This document shows, one piece after another, positions 46,575-63,513 of a DNA stretch of 64,000 bases. How positions within the stretch are numbered: the first letter of the stretch is position 1; the number at the start of each line of letters is the position of its first letter. The stretch comes from the human T2T-CHM13v2.0 reference genome, Homo sapiens, in NCBI RefSeq assembly GCF_009914755.1, contig NC_060928.1. One strand, 5' to 3'. The translations under genes and the position numbers were made by a program. The notes beneath the pieces were generated by a model. That model was not told the origin of the DNA, searched no databases, and saw only the letters and a program-made list of their open reading frames with translations.

Positions 46575-49500
46575 ATCCAACATGCCTGCATATTCATCCC
46601 CTTCCTAAATCTAAGTCCCTTTGCAATAGCTCCAGCCATAAAGAAATGGTGCTTCTTTCCCTCCTACTGAATTTGGTCTGAGTATTTTTGAGAAATAAAA
46701 TACAACGGAAGTGGTGGTATGCTATTTATGAGCCTTGGCTTTTAAAGGTTTTGAATCCTTCTACTCCCTCTTTTAAAACACTGACAACAAAATTGATAGA
46801 CCGCTAGTAAGACTAATAAAGAAGAAAATGGAGAAGAATCAAATAGATGCAATAAAAAATGATAAAGGGGATATCACCACCAATCCCACAGAAATACAAA
46901 CTACCATCAGAGAATACTATAAACATCTCTACGCAAATAAACTAGAAATTCTAGAAGAAATTGATAAATTCCTGGACACATACACCCTCCCAAGACTAAA
47001 CCAGGAAGAAGTTGAATCTCTGAATGGACCAATAACGGGCTCTGAAACTGAGACAATAATTAATAGCCTACCAACCAAAAAAAGCTCAGGACCAGACAGA
47101 TTAACAGCCGAATTCTACCAGAGGTACAAAGAAGAGCTGGTACAATTCCTTCTGAAACTATTCCAATCAATAGAAAAACAGGGAATCCTCTCTAACTCGT
47201 TTTATGAGGCCAGCATTATCCTGATAGCAAAGCCTGGCAGAGAAACAACAACAAAAAAAAGAATTTTAGACCAATATACCTAATGAACATCCATGTGAAA
47301 ATCCTCAATAAAATATGGCAAACTGAAACCAGAAGCACATCAAAAAGCTTATCCACCACGATCAAGGCGGCTTCATCCCTGGGATGCAAAGCTGGTTCAA
47401 TATATGCAAATCAATAAATGTAGACCATCACATAAACAGAACCAACGACAAAAACCACATGATTATCTCAATAGATGCAGAAAAGGCCTTCGACAAAAAT
47501 TCAACAGCCCTTCGCGCTAAAAACTCTGTATAAACTAGTAGTGATGGAACATATCTCAAAATAATAGGAGCTATTAATGACAAACCCACAGCCAATATCA
47601 TACTGCATGGGCAAAAACTGGAAGCATTCCCTTTGAAAATCGGCACAAGACAAGGATGCCCTTTCTCAGCACTCCTATTCAACATATTGTTGGAAGTTCT
47701 GGCCAGGGCAATCAGGCAGGAGAAAGAAATAAAGGGTGTTCAATAGGAAAAGAGGAAGTCAAATTGTCCCTGTTTGCAGATGACATGATTGTATATTTAC
47801 AAAACCCCATCATCTCAGTCCAAAATCTCCTTAAGCTGATAAGCAACTTCAGCAAAGTCTCAGGATACAAAATCAATGTGCAAAAATCACAAGCATTCCT
47901 ATACACCAATAATAGACAAACAGAGAGCCAAATCATGAGTGAACTCCCATTCACAATAGCTACAAAGAGACTAAAATACCTAGGAATCCAACTTAGAAGG
48001 GATGTGAAGGACGTCTTCAAGGAGAACTACAGACCACTGCTCAACAAAATAAAAGGGGACCCAAACAAATGGAAGAACGTTCCATGCTCATGGATAGGAA
48101 GAATTAATATTGTGAAAATGGCCATACTGCCCAAGGTAATTTATAGACTCAATGCCATCCCTATCAAGCTACCAATGACTTGCTTCCCAGAATTGGAAAA
48201 AAAACTACTTTAAAGTTCATATGGAACAAAGAAGAGCCTGCATTGCGAAGACAATCCTAAGCAAAAAGAACAAAGCTGGAGGCATCGTGCTACCTGACTT
48301 CAAACTAAACTACAAGGCTACCGTAACCAAAACAGCATGGTACTGGTACCAAAACAGATATATAGACCAATGGAACAGAACAGAGGCCTCAGAAATAATA
48401 GCACACATCTACAACAATCTGATCTTTGACAAACCTGACAAAAACAAGAAATGGGGAAAGGATTCCCTATTTAATAAATGATGCTGGGAAAACTGGCTAG
48501 CCGTATATAGAAAGCTGAAACTGGATCACTTCCTTACACCTTATACAAAGATTAATTCGAGATGGATTAAAGACTTAAATGTTAGACCTAAAACCATAAA
48601 CACCCTAGAAGAAAACCTAGGCAATACCATTCAGGACATAGGCATGGGCAAGGACTTCATGACTAAAACACAAAAAGCATGGCAACAAAAGCCAAAATAG
48701 ACAAATGAGATCTAATTATACTAAAGAGTTTCTGCACAGTAAAAGAAACTACCATCAGTGGGAACAGGCAACCTACAGAATGGGAGAAAATTTTTGCAAT
48801 CTACCCATCTGACAAAGGACTAATATCCAGAATCTACAAAGAACTTAAACAAATTTACAAGAAGAAAACAACCCCATCAAAAAGTGGGGAAAGGATATGA
48901 ACAGATACTTCTCAAGACATTTATGCAGCCAACAGACACATGAAAAAATGCTCATCATCACTGGTCATCAGAGAAATGCAAATCAAAACCACAATGAGAT
49001 ACCATCTCACACCAGTAAAAATGGCGATCCTTAAAAAGGTGGGAAACAATGGATGCCAGAGAGGATGTGGAGAAAGAGAAATGCTTTTACACTGTTGGTG
49101 GGACTGTAAACTACTTCAACCATTGTAGAAGACAGTGTGGCGATTCCTCAAGGATCTAGAACTAGAAATACCATTTGACCCAGTGATCCCATTACTGGGT
49201 ATATACCCAAAGGATTATAAATCATGCTACCATAAAGACACACGCACACATTTGTTTATTGCAGCACTATTCACAATAGCAAAAACTTGGAACCAACCCA
49301 AATGTCCATCAATGATAGACTGGATTAAGAAAATAGGGCACATATATACCATGGAATACTATGCAATCATAAAAAAGGATGAATTCATGTCCTTTGCAGG
49401 GACATGGAGGAAGCTGGAAACCATCATTCTGAGCAAAGTATCACAAGGACAGAAAACCAAACACCGCATGTTCTCACTAATAAGTGGGAATTGAACAATG

Positions 49501-50000
49501 AAAACACTTGGACACGGGGCGGGGAACATCAGACATGGGGGCCTGGTGGGGGTAAGCAGGAGGGATAGCATTAGGAGAAATACCTAATGTAAATGACAAG
49601 TTGATGGGTGCAGCAAACCAACATAGCACATCTATACCTATGTGGCAAACCTGCACATTGTGTACATGTACCCTATAACTTAAACTATAATTAAAAAATA
49701 AATGCTGACACCGTGTATACAAACCCAGGCTAGCATGCCAAATGATGAGGCCACATGAACAGTAGCCCAAGTTTTCTAAGCTGCCCCATCTGAAGCTAAG
49801 TAAATGAGCCAGATACTGTCCACCCACTAAGTTGATGGAAAGTACATGAATGGATCCAGCTGAAACTTGTTGATAAGAACTCCTTACAGAAGAACCCGTC
49901 AGATGTTTTCCAAACTAGCAAGAGCATGAAATAAATATCTCAATTCCTTTAAACTGCTCAGTTCTAAAATGGTTTGTTACATAGCTAAAGTTAACTGATT
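46575..50000 (+). mobile_element. MaLR solo LTR (MLT1F/G/H-like), split by the L1 at 46787-49699
   Basis: LTR motifs at ~46575-46786 ('aagtccctttgcaat', 'ggaagtggtggtatgcta...tgagcct') and 49711-50000 ('aacccaggctagc', 'atggtttgttacatagc...taactgat'). Confidence 0.65.
46787..49699 (+). mobile_element. 5'-truncated LINE-1 (L1PA6-like), 2.9 kb, ORF2 disabled
   Basis: ORF2 fragments 46828-49494 with several frameshifts/stops, 3' UTR, short tail; TSD aaa(ca/tg)ctgaca at 46776-46786 and 49700-49710. Confidence 0.95.
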
Positions 50001-50310
50001 TAAGAAGCTTCAAAACACACAAATTTGAAGGTAATAATGACTGTCAAAACTTGTTTTGTCTCTTACGAGTTCACTCCAAAAATTCCTATTATTTACTTAA
50101 TAACTCCAAGTGGATACCCCACTGGTAACTTACATCTTCTCAATACTGAAATCATTGTTTCTTCTATAACTGTTTGTTTTTCTTATATTTATTTTATTTG
50201 ATCATATTACTGCAAAATTATATAAATTTTTTAAATTATGGTAATTGTGACACTTTCACCTTAATACATGAATTCCATAATTAAGCATCCCAAATGTCTC
50301 ATAAATGTAT

Positions 50311-52210
<1,900 letters not shown>

Positions 52211-52230
52211 TTAAAAAAAGAGGTTATGAT

Positions 52231-52566
<336 letters not shown>

Positions 52567-54642
52567 CTAAATAATCTAATCACTGTTTAACTGTACTTTT
52601 GAATCTGCAGGTTTTCCTAAGTCAGTCCAAATCTTACAGAAATATATTTTTATATTGCAACCAACATTATGTAAAATATCTCATAAAATTAATTATATGT
52701 TGATACATTTTGAGGAAAATCATACTGTATCTTGTTGCATAAAACAAAATTTATTGTAATTAGATTCTTGACTAGGTAGCTTACATTTCTACGTTTAGTT
52801 GATTCCATATTTTCTTACTCTCTATTCCAACTATGTCAAAATATGCCAGTTTAATAAATATCTGCTTGTCTTTGTAAATGCTGTTTCCTCTGTCTTGAAT
52901 TTCTTAAATTGAACACAATTGTTTATTTGGGGTTGTCTCACCTTTTCCTCAAGTGCCAGGTCATATATTATCAACTGTCATTAGAGAAGAATCTTATTAG
53001 ACAGGAATAAATAAGATGCTACCTTAACATATAAACATATATGATTATTGAGACAATGATATCTTCCACGATTTTTAAAAACCCTTAGAGTCACTCATCT
53101 AATAATATCAGACTATTTTTGTCTTCTATGATATTATAGTAAAAAATATTACCAGCATTTTTTCTTTCCAAAACATCTACTGCTTTCAAATTAATTTAGT
53201 AATATTTATTCTTTTTTGATAGATCACTATATGTAGCTCAATTGTAAGTTTTTATAATGCTTTAATAAAAACAAAATTACGGATAAAATTTGCTCTGTGA
53301 AAATGTCTGATAACATTGGAAGTAGTGATTTTTTATCTTTGCTCCCCAATCATGGAATTAATATTAGTTCTACAGAGCTCTATATTTTAAAGAATTCCCA
53401 TTGTCTTTTCTTTTGACTATATTGATAAAAATAGAAGACTAAACTGAAATTTCTTTTCAGTGTAGCCTCCCTTGAAAAAAAAAACACTTCTTTGATACTT
53501 CCTTACCAGTTGTCATTCCATCACATTTTGATATAAACCATTTATTCTGCATTAGTGTTAAGCTCCCATATAATTGGCAGATGTATCATATCACGGTGTC
53601 CTTGAGCTTGTAATTGACTGTCAGTTTCTCAGTTCCATCACCCTGAATGCCACATTTGGTGACAGTGCTCAGAGAATACTCAATTTTATTGATGCTGTTT
53701 AGAGACCACCTGAGGTGTTGGAAATCATTTTATGTCTTTTTTATTCTCAGTTTGTCATCCCTATGCAGGATAGAGTCATCACTGTACCTTATCAAAAAAT
53801 AAAACAAAATATGGTGCTAAATGCCATGCCAAACGCTTTAGGGATGATAATTTATTTCCATAGTTGATTGTAGTTAATTAAAAAACATAAATAATTGGAA
53901 GCGTTTCTGAAATTATAGATGGCAGTAGCTACTCTGATAAAATCAATAAATCTAATTGTAAATTTGTCATTAAATATTGAATAAAAACCTTTGTGGAAAG
54001 ATTTTTCTCATTTCTAACTTTCATTTTGAAGCATCTATTTTTACAAGAAAATTTAAAGAATTCTTAATTGGAATTGACAAAATTTTATCTCTAATGTATA
54101 TTTATAATTCTACATGTCTTAAATATCTATCTCTAATTTTTAAACTTTATATAAAAACACAGTTGTTGATTTAGTAAACACCTCAATGCTTTTCATGCTA
54201 TTGTTTTTATAGTTTCAGCATTAAATTTATTCATTAAATATTTATTGTATAAAAATCCTTGTATTCAAACCACAATCAATAATTTTCTTGTTTGATGCAT
54301 TCTTTTATTATCCATCATGTGATTTAAATTACTTTCTTCCCTTAACATTATAAAATAGTATTTCCTTAGGAATCTCTTAGGTTAGTAAGCTCTTTCATAT
54401 ACATTCTCATTTATTCCTCCAACAGTGATGTTTGCTTCCTATTTGTTACATAAACTCAGTCTTTTATTTCTTCCATTATTTGTTTTTCATTGTATACAAA
54501 TGCATAAACACGTTTAACTTAAAAGCTTAAAACAGTTGTGCAGCATTAAGTGGTTTATAGCTAAAATGACTTCCCTATCTACAACATTTTCATTGAAAGC
54601 TATTTCTATAATATTCCCTAATGGTATTGATTTGATAGCCAA

Positions 54643-54644
<2 letters not shown>

Positions 54645-54686
<42 letters not shown>
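54645..54686. repeat. (TG)21 microsatellite
   Basis: Direct reading. Confidence 0.98.
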
Positions 54687-54690
<4 letters not shown>

Positions 54691-55106
54691 TGTATGTAGA
54701 TGTGTATATATATATATTCCCTTAGGCTGAATTCAGGAGGGCAGTTTTGTCTTCTCAATGAGTATAGCACAATGCTTTGCATAGAATAAACATATTAAAG
54801 ATTTTGGAATGTAAAATGAAAGCATATCCTATTGTAAATTGCATATATACAATGGAGATGTCATTATTGTATAATTTTTATTACAACAAAATTTCAGTGA
54901 CATAAATGTGACTATATAATATTTTATATAATTTAATATTTGTTATTTTTATAAAACAGTAAAAGAAACACATTTTTAAAGCTCTATGTTTCAAAACAGT
55001 AGACATTGAGAAAGATTAAAAATATATAAATATGCTGTTTAAACATATTTATATTTGCAGATTCTGCATTTTCCTTGAGAGAGAAATGCTCTAGCTTTTA
55101 CACAGA

Positions 55107-55565
55107 TGTATTAGTCAAGGTTCTCTAGAGAGAGAGAGAAAAAAAGATTATGAGGCATTGGTCCATGTGATTATGGTGGCTGAGTTGTCCCAGTATCTAC
55201 CATTTGCATGGTGGAGATGCAGAAAAACCTGTAATGTAATTCAGTCTGGGTTCAAAGGCCTGAAAACAAGGGGAGCCAATAATTGTAAATCCCAGTTCAA
55301 GAAAAGGGGAAGAAATAAGATGTCCCAACTCAAGCAATGAGGCAGGATAAAAGAGGAAAATTCTTCCATCCTCCAGTTTTTGCTCTCTTCAAGCCTTTGA
55401 CAGGTTGAAATATGACCGACCACAATGGCGTGGGCAATATACTGTACTGAGTCCACTGATTCAAATGATTATCTCTTCTGGAAACACCTTCATAGACACA
55501 TTCAGAAACAATGGTTAATCTGGGCACCTGTGACTCACTCAAATTGACACATAAAAGTAACCATA
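55107..55565 (-). mobile_element. ERVL solo LTR (MLT2-like)
   Basis: 'tgtattagtcaaggttctctagag' start and 'caaattgacacataaaagtaaccat' end typical of antisense MLT2. Confidence 0.85.
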
Positions 55566-56046
55566 GGTGACTGTCCAACTTTAGGAGATTTTGAATATTA
55601 CCCTGCAAACTTATTGAAAGGCAGATTTCTGTGCCAACATCTCAACTATTCCAGATAAATATGTCTGGGATAAGGCCCAAGGACCTATGTTTTAAGTCTT
55701 ACAGGATTCTTATAATCTATAGACTCACTCGTAGACAAAGAAATTTAGATCAACACTGCTAATGGCCTTTATTTGCTGTTTGTGTTTATTCATTTTTGTT
55801 AGACATTAAGGTATGCTAAAATTATAGGAGTAAAGCAATCTAAGAGTTAGGTAATTTTATATAATACAGTCAAAAATATTAAAAATGGTTTCTGAAAACT
55901 CCAGAGAAACGAACCTCTTGGGAATTCGGAAATGGCCCAGAAAATGGCAGAAGGCTTGGGTTTGGGGATAATTATGAAGGATGAGAAATACAAACCAGCA
56001 AAGTTGAAGGATATAAAAGGAACTTGGAAGAATACTGATCATAGTA

Positions 56047-57073
56047 TAGTTGATCCTTGAAAATCATAGGCTTGAATTGTATGAATCCACTTCCAAAATT
56101 TTTTAAAAATAAATATACTGGAAAATTTTTTGGAGATTTGCAAATATTTGAAAAAAAACTTGCAAATAAACTATGTAGCCTAGAAATAGCCAAAAAAAAG
56201 AAAAAAGTTAGATCTGTCATGAATGGATAAAGTATGTGCAGATACTAGTATATTTTATCATTTATTATCATAAAATACATATTATTATTAAAAAGTTAAA
56301 ATTTATCAAAACTTACAAATACAAATAAAGACTGTACATGGTGCCACTCACAGCTGAGAGAAACATAGATAAATGTAAAGAAGCAGTATTAAATTATAAC
56401 TGCATACAATTACCTGTAGTGCATACTGTACTACTGTAATAGTGTGGTGGCCACCTCCTATTGCTATTGTGGTGAGTTGTAGCGTTGCAAGCATCCCCTT
56501 AGAACACCATGTAATGCTAATTATCTCCACATGAGCAATTTGTCTCTAGTAAATTGTGTATGGCAGTAAAATGTGATCCCTTGCGATGCTAGTATATTTT
56601 ATCTTGTGTTTAGTGTAATATCATAAACCTTGAATAACACCATGGAACCCATGCAAAGTGCCACTAGTGATACTGAAAGTACTCTCAAGAAGCAAAGAAA
56701 AGTCATGACATTACAATATAAATTTGAATTGCTTGATATGCACCACAGATTTAGGTCTGCAGCTGCAATTGCCCAACATTTCAGACAAAGGATTTTTTTT
56801 TAAACAGATGATGTAAACTCATAGTATTGTTAAATACAGTACAGTATTTATGTATTTGCTCTTCCTTTGATTTTCTTAATAGAATTTCTTTCCTCTAGCT
56901 CATTTACTGTAAGAATGCAATATATAATTCATATGTTATCTGTAAGGCTTGCAGTCAACAAGAGGCTATTAGAAGCTAAGTTTTGGGGAAATCAAAAGTT
57001 TTATTTGAATTCTCGACTGCAGAAGGAGGTGGGTGTCTGTGTCCTAACCCTCATGTTTTTCAAGGTTCAATTG
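56047..57073. mobile_element. TcMar-Tigger non-autonomous element (Tigger2b-like), ~1.03 kb
   Basis: Degenerate TIRs tagttgatccttgaaaa / ttttcaaggttcaattg, TA at 56045-56046 and 57074-57075, internal transposase N-terminal remnant ('aagaagcaaagaaaagtcatgacattacaa'). Confidence 0.85.
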
Positions 57074-59844
57074 TATTTAATTTGTTCTTTGTTTTGACTT
57101 GGGTTATAATCTCTACTTTCCTATCACACCCCTACTATCTCAAACCTTTGGTGAAAGTGCCACCACTTGCATTGGCTTTTCTCTGAGGAATTAAAGTTGA
57201 AAAACACACACGTGGACAGAGCTGAAGGCGAAGAAGTCACCTTTGACAGGTGATAATTGAGACGAGCTCTGGGAGCAGATATCAGGAGTAAGAAATTATA
57301 GATTAATGTAACCAACTGTTTAGGAACCCTCAGAGGTATGATGATATGATAGTGGGAGATTTTCAACAGGATCTGGGATGGAAGCTGGGGCCATTTTTTC
57401 CATTTGTATTATGGAAACAAAGTATCTGTAAAATACTAGAGGACCAGGAGCCCAAAGGTTTATATATTTTTAAATATTGAAAAAACTTTAAGTGTTTTTA
57501 AGCATATGTGGAATGCTAACAATTTGAACAGGTGTGTATCTTTCTTAATTATTTTAATTAAAACATTCTTAGAATAGTGATTCTGATTAAAGCTAGCGGA
57601 TAAAACTGAAAGGGAAAGAGACATAAAGAATGACAATTTGCTAATCCAAAGTAGAGCAGCTGCTGCAAATGAAAATTTTACAACAAAATTCAGAAATATG
57701 GGGGCGGTAATCAGATGAGGCTAAAAATACCAAGTAGAAATTCATGAATAAATTACATAAAATAACAAAAATCCAGCCCACTTCCCTCCTACCCCCACCC
57801 CTATTTTTCTTGTACAACCTACCTGAATTGAAACGAAAGTTGTTTAAGTAACTTCAAGAATTACAAGAGGGTTCACTTAGTTATTAAATCTGACATTGAA
57901 ATTGGAAAAATGATTTGTTCAGTAACTGTGTAAGATGTCGTTTTGGAGACATGCATGTGAGATGTGTAGTTCTAATAAAACCTCTGCATCACAAACTCAA
58001 AAAGCTGCAGCCTGGTTTATGCCCAACAGCTTTATCCATAGTCTAAGTACTTTAAAAAAGAAAGAAGATAATACCTGCAACATTGATACCTAGTCAGAGA
58101 AATCACACAAATCAGTTTTGAACCGTTACCAGAGATGACAGAAGAACATGCACTGCGAAGTGATGAGAAATTCTAAATTGTTTACTTACTAAGGAAACTG
58201 ACTTACTTGACCTAATGTCTGGCAGTTTCTATTCATTCCTCCTTTTGTCTAGTTTCTTTGTTTGATGCAGGTCAGGGAACAAAATCTATTATATCCTATG
58301 AATTTAGTAAGCACATCTTCTCCCCATTATCAGATATTTTTGTGTTCAAAGGACATTTGATGTATGTGGCAGCTTTTGAACCACAAGGTTGAATATAAAG
58401 AAAAAAGTCGAACAATACTTTGAATTCACATCAAATACACGTGAACATTTCATAAAATAAACTGATTAGAGTTTGTTAAATGCCACAAGAAATTTATTTT
58501 GAGTGAGAGAAAATAATTAAGCCTGAAAAAATTTTTTACCTACAATTGACAGAATAAACAATTATAGGAGATCCATTTGATATGTTCTATTCCAATTAGA
58601 AACAACTACTTCTCATCAAATACCTGCAAAGACCTAAAGATTGCCATCATTCTACCTCACTCAGTTTGTGTTTTTCCACAGAAAGTATTTTTTAATAAAG
58701 TTTTCTAGTTTGATAATAAAATTATTCATATTTATATTAAACTCATCTTCATTTTACATCACTGCTGCTTCAACTGGGTGAGACATTTCCTTTCCAATTA
58801 AGAACAAAGATTAGTGTTGCAGGTGTAAAATATATGGAAAAATAGAACATAAATATCAGATATATTTCTCTATACTTAAGTATATACTTATAAGCTTATA
58901 AGTATATGTTTAAATATGACTCATAATTTTTTCTACAAATAACAATCAAGGAAAAGGAAACAATTAAAATATATATATATTAAGTTTATTTCTCAAATTA
59001 CTAATTTAAAACAAGTATTTTAAATTTTGAAAATAAAAAGTTTGCTATTAAACTAAAATTATTTCATGCTTTGATTATAAATAGCAAAGTAATAAGCAAA
59101 TAAACAAGTGATAAAGTTCTATGAAAAAATGTTACTAAAAATGTAAATGTCAAAATGTGCAGCATTAACTTTGCATTAAATTTTGGTATTTTTAAAAATC
59201 AATATTGATCACTTTCAAATATACATCCAATATTATCCTATAAAGATCTTAGATCTTTTTAAACTCTACACTTAATTTTGTGTTTGATATTCAATGATGT
59301 GAAGAGAAAGATATTTTTGATTAATGATATCAGAGGCAGAATGTTCTGCATGTAAAATTCGTGAGTGGAATTGGTGGTTAGAAATGGATCACGAGAACTA
59401 ATATGTCTGTGTATTAATTTTTATTAAATGATAAATTAATGAAAATTACCTTTATACATATAGCAATGCTTTAATAAGAGCATCCTTAAGGAATGATCAT
59501 CTGGCATTGCCTAGTTTGGTCTAGTTGTATCATGGGTCAATGAAAAGAGGATTCAGAGAAAATTAAGCTGTTAACCAAGTAAGACAAAGAGAATGTGACT
59601 TCCCAGGTCCACTGATTTTATTCTAATCTTTCTTTCTTTTTAAAGATTTAATGATAAATCTGATATTTTTAAGGTTTGGTTAGGCTTTACTTTTATATTA
59701 GTTTCAAACATTCTTCCTTTCTACTTTATAGTTTCTCTGAAACCATAAAACCCATAAACAATAGTTCAGCTAATTCATGGTTTTCACACCATAAAATAGA
59801 TCTTAATGTTAACATGTATTGGGGCTTAAAAATAGCATCATTAT

Positions 59845-62800
59845 TTTGTAGCAATTGTGAATGGGATTTCACTCATGATTTGGCTTTCTGTTTGTCTATT
59901 ATTGGTGTATAGGAATGCTTGCTATTTTTGCACATTGATTTTGTATGCTGAGACTTCGCTGAAGTTGTTTATCAGCTTAAGGAGATTTTGGGTTGAGATG
60001 ATGGGGTTTTCTAAATATACAGTCATGTCATCTGCAAACAGAGACAATTTGACTTCCTTTCTTCCTATCTGAATGCACTTTATTTCTTTCTCTTGCCTGA
60101 TTGCCCTGGCCAGAACTTCCAACCCTATGCTGAATAGGAGTGCTGAGAGAGGGCATCCTTGTCTTGTGCCAGTTTTCAAAGGGAATGCTTCCAGCTGTTG
60201 CCCATTCAGTATGATATTGGCTGTGGGTTTGTCACAAATAGCTCTTATTATTTTGAGATATGTTTGATCAATCCGAGTTTATTGAGAGTTTTTAGAATGA
60301 AGAGGTGTTGAATTTTATCAAAGGTCTTTTCTGCACCTATTGAGATAATCATGTGGTTTTTGTCATTGGTTCTGTTTATGTGATGGATTACTTTTATTGG
60401 TTTGCGTATGTTGAACCAGCCTTGTACCCCAGGGATGAAGCCAACTTGATCATGGTGGATAAGCTTTTTGACGTGCTGCTGGATTTCATTTGCCAGTATT
60501 TTATTGAGGATTTTTGCATTGATGTTCATCAGGAATATTGGCCTGAAATTTTCTTTTTTTGTTGCGTCTCTGCCAGGTTTTGGTATCAGGATAATGCTGG
60601 CCTCATAAAATGAGTTAGGGAGGAGTCCCTCTTTTTCTATCGTTTGGGGTAGTTTTAGAAGGAATGGTACCAGCTCCTCTTTGTACCTCTGGTAGAATTC
60701 GGCTGTAAATCCATCTGGTCCTGGGCTTTTTTTGCTTGGTAGGCTATTAATTACTGCCTCAATTTCAGAAGTTGTTATTGGTCTATTCGCGGATTCTACT
60801 TCTTGCTAGTTTAGTCTTGGGAGGCTGTATGTGTCCAGGAAGTTATCCATTTCTTCTAGACTTTCCAGTTTATTTGTGTAGAGGTATTTGTAGTACTTTC
60901 TGATGGTAGTTTTTATTTCTGTGGGATCAGTGGTGATTTCCTCTTTATCATTTTTTATTGTGTCTATTTGATTCTTCTCCATTTTCTTTTTTATTAGTCT
61001 GGCTAGCCGTCTATTTTGTTAATCTTTTCAAAAAACCAGCTCCTGGATTCATTGATTTTTTGAAGGGTTTTTCGTGTCTCTGTCTCCTTCAGTTCTGCTC
61101 TGATCTTAGTTACTTCTTGTCTTCTGCTAGCTTTTAGATTTGTTTGCTCTTACTTCTCTAGTTATTTTAATTATGATGTTAGGGTGTCAATTTTAGATCT
61201 TTCCTGCTTCCTCCTGTGGGCATTTAGTGCTATAAATTTCTCTCTAAACACTGCTTTAGCTGTGTCCCAGAGATTCTGGCACATTGTCTCTTTGTTCTCA
61301 TTGGTTTCAAATAACTTACTTATTTCTGCCTTAATTTCGTTATTTACCCAGTAGTCATTCAGGAGCATGTTGTTCAGTTTCCATGTAGTTATGTAGTTAA
61401 GAAACTCTGAGTGAGTTTCTTAACCCTGAGGTACAAACAGAATAAAATACCTAGGAATACCTAGGGATGTGAAGGACCTCTGCAAGGAGAACTACAAACC
61501 ACAGCTCAAGGAAATAAAAGAGGACACAAACAAATGGAAAAACATTCCATGCTCATGGATAGGAAGAATCAATATCGTGAAATGGCCATACTGCCCAAAG
61601 TAATCTATAGATTCAATGCTATCCCAATCGTGCTACCATTGACTTTCTTCACAGAACTAGAAAAAACTACTTTAAATTTTATATGGAACCAAAAAAGAGC
61701 CCATATAGCCAAACCAATCCTAAACAAAAAGAACAAAGCTGGAGGCATCATGCTACCTGACTTCAAACTATACTACAAGGATATAGTAACAAAAACAGCA
61801 TGGTACTGGTACCAAAACAGATATATAGATGAATGGAACAGAACAGAGGCCTCAGAAATAACACCACACATCTACAACCATCTGATCTTTGACAAACCTG
61901 ACAAAAGCAAGCAATGGGGAAAGGATAAATGGTGTTGGGAAAACTCACTAGCCATATGAAGAAAAATGAAACTGGACCCCTTCCTTACATCTTATACAAA
62001 AATTAACTCAAGATGGATTAAAGACTTAAATGTTAGACCTAAAACCATAAAAACCCTAGAAGAAAACCTAGGCAATACCATTCGGGGCATAGGCATGGGC
62101 AAAGACTTCATGACTCAAACACCAAAGCAATGGCAACAAAAGCCAATACTGACAAATGGGATGTAGCTAAACTAAAGAACTTCTGCACAGCCAAAGAAAC
62201 TATCAACAGAGTGAACAGGCAACCTACATAATGGGAGAAAATTTTTGCAATCTATCCATCTGACAAAGAACTAATATCTGGAATCTACAAAGAACTTAAA
62301 CAAATATACAAGAAAAAAACAAACAACCCCATCGAAAAGTCAGTGAAGGTTATGAACAGACACTTCTCAAAAGAAGACATTTATACAGCAACAAACATAT
62401 GAAAAAAAGCTCATCATCACTGGTCGTTAGAGAAATGCAAATCAAAACCATAGTGAAATACCATCTCCCTCTAGTTAGAATGGCGATCATTGAAAAGTCA
62501 GGAAACAGCAGCTGCTGGAGAGGATGTGGAGAAACAGGAACACTTTTACACTGTTGGTAGGAGTGTAAATTAGTTCAGCCATTGTGGAAGACAGTGTGCC
62601 CATTCCTCAAGGATCTACAGCCAGAAATACCATTTGACCCAGCGATCCCATTACTGGGTATATACCCAAAGGATTATAAATCATTCTACTATAAAGACAC
62701 ATGCACATGTATGTTTATTGAAGCACCCTTCACAATAGCAAAGACTTGAAACCAACCCAAATGCCCATCAGTGATAGACTGGATAAAGAATATGTGGCAG

Positions 62801-63186
62801 ATATACACTATGGAATGCTATGCAGCCATAAAAAAGGATGAGTTCATGTCCTTTGCAAGGACATGGATGAAGCTGGAAACTATCATTCTCAGAAAACTAA
62901 CACAGGAACAGAAAACCAAACACCGCATGTTCTCACTCATAAGTGGGAGTTGAACAATGAGAACACACGGACACGGGGAGGGGAATATCACACACTGAGG
63001 CCTGTTGGGGAGTAGGGGTCTAGGGGAGGGATAGCATTAGGAAAAATACCTAATGTAGATGACGGATTGTTGGGTATAGCAAACCACCACAGCACATGTA
63101 TACCTATATGACAAACCTGCATGTTGTGCAAATGTATCCCAGAAAGTACAATAAAAAATTTAAATTTAAATTTAAATTTAAAAAAA
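59845..63186 (+). mobile_element. LINE-1 (L1PA7-like), 5'-truncated with 1.6-kb 5' inversion (minus 59845-61430, plus 61432-63186)
   Basis: Antisense RT ORFs 59922-60529, sense ORF2 3' part and 3' UTR ('taatgtagatgacgg'), (AAATTT)n tail; target repeat aaaaatagcat at 59828-59838 and 63498-63508. Confidence 0.94.
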
Positions 63187-63199
63187 GGTAAAAAAGTAC

Positions 63200-63513
<314 letters not shown>

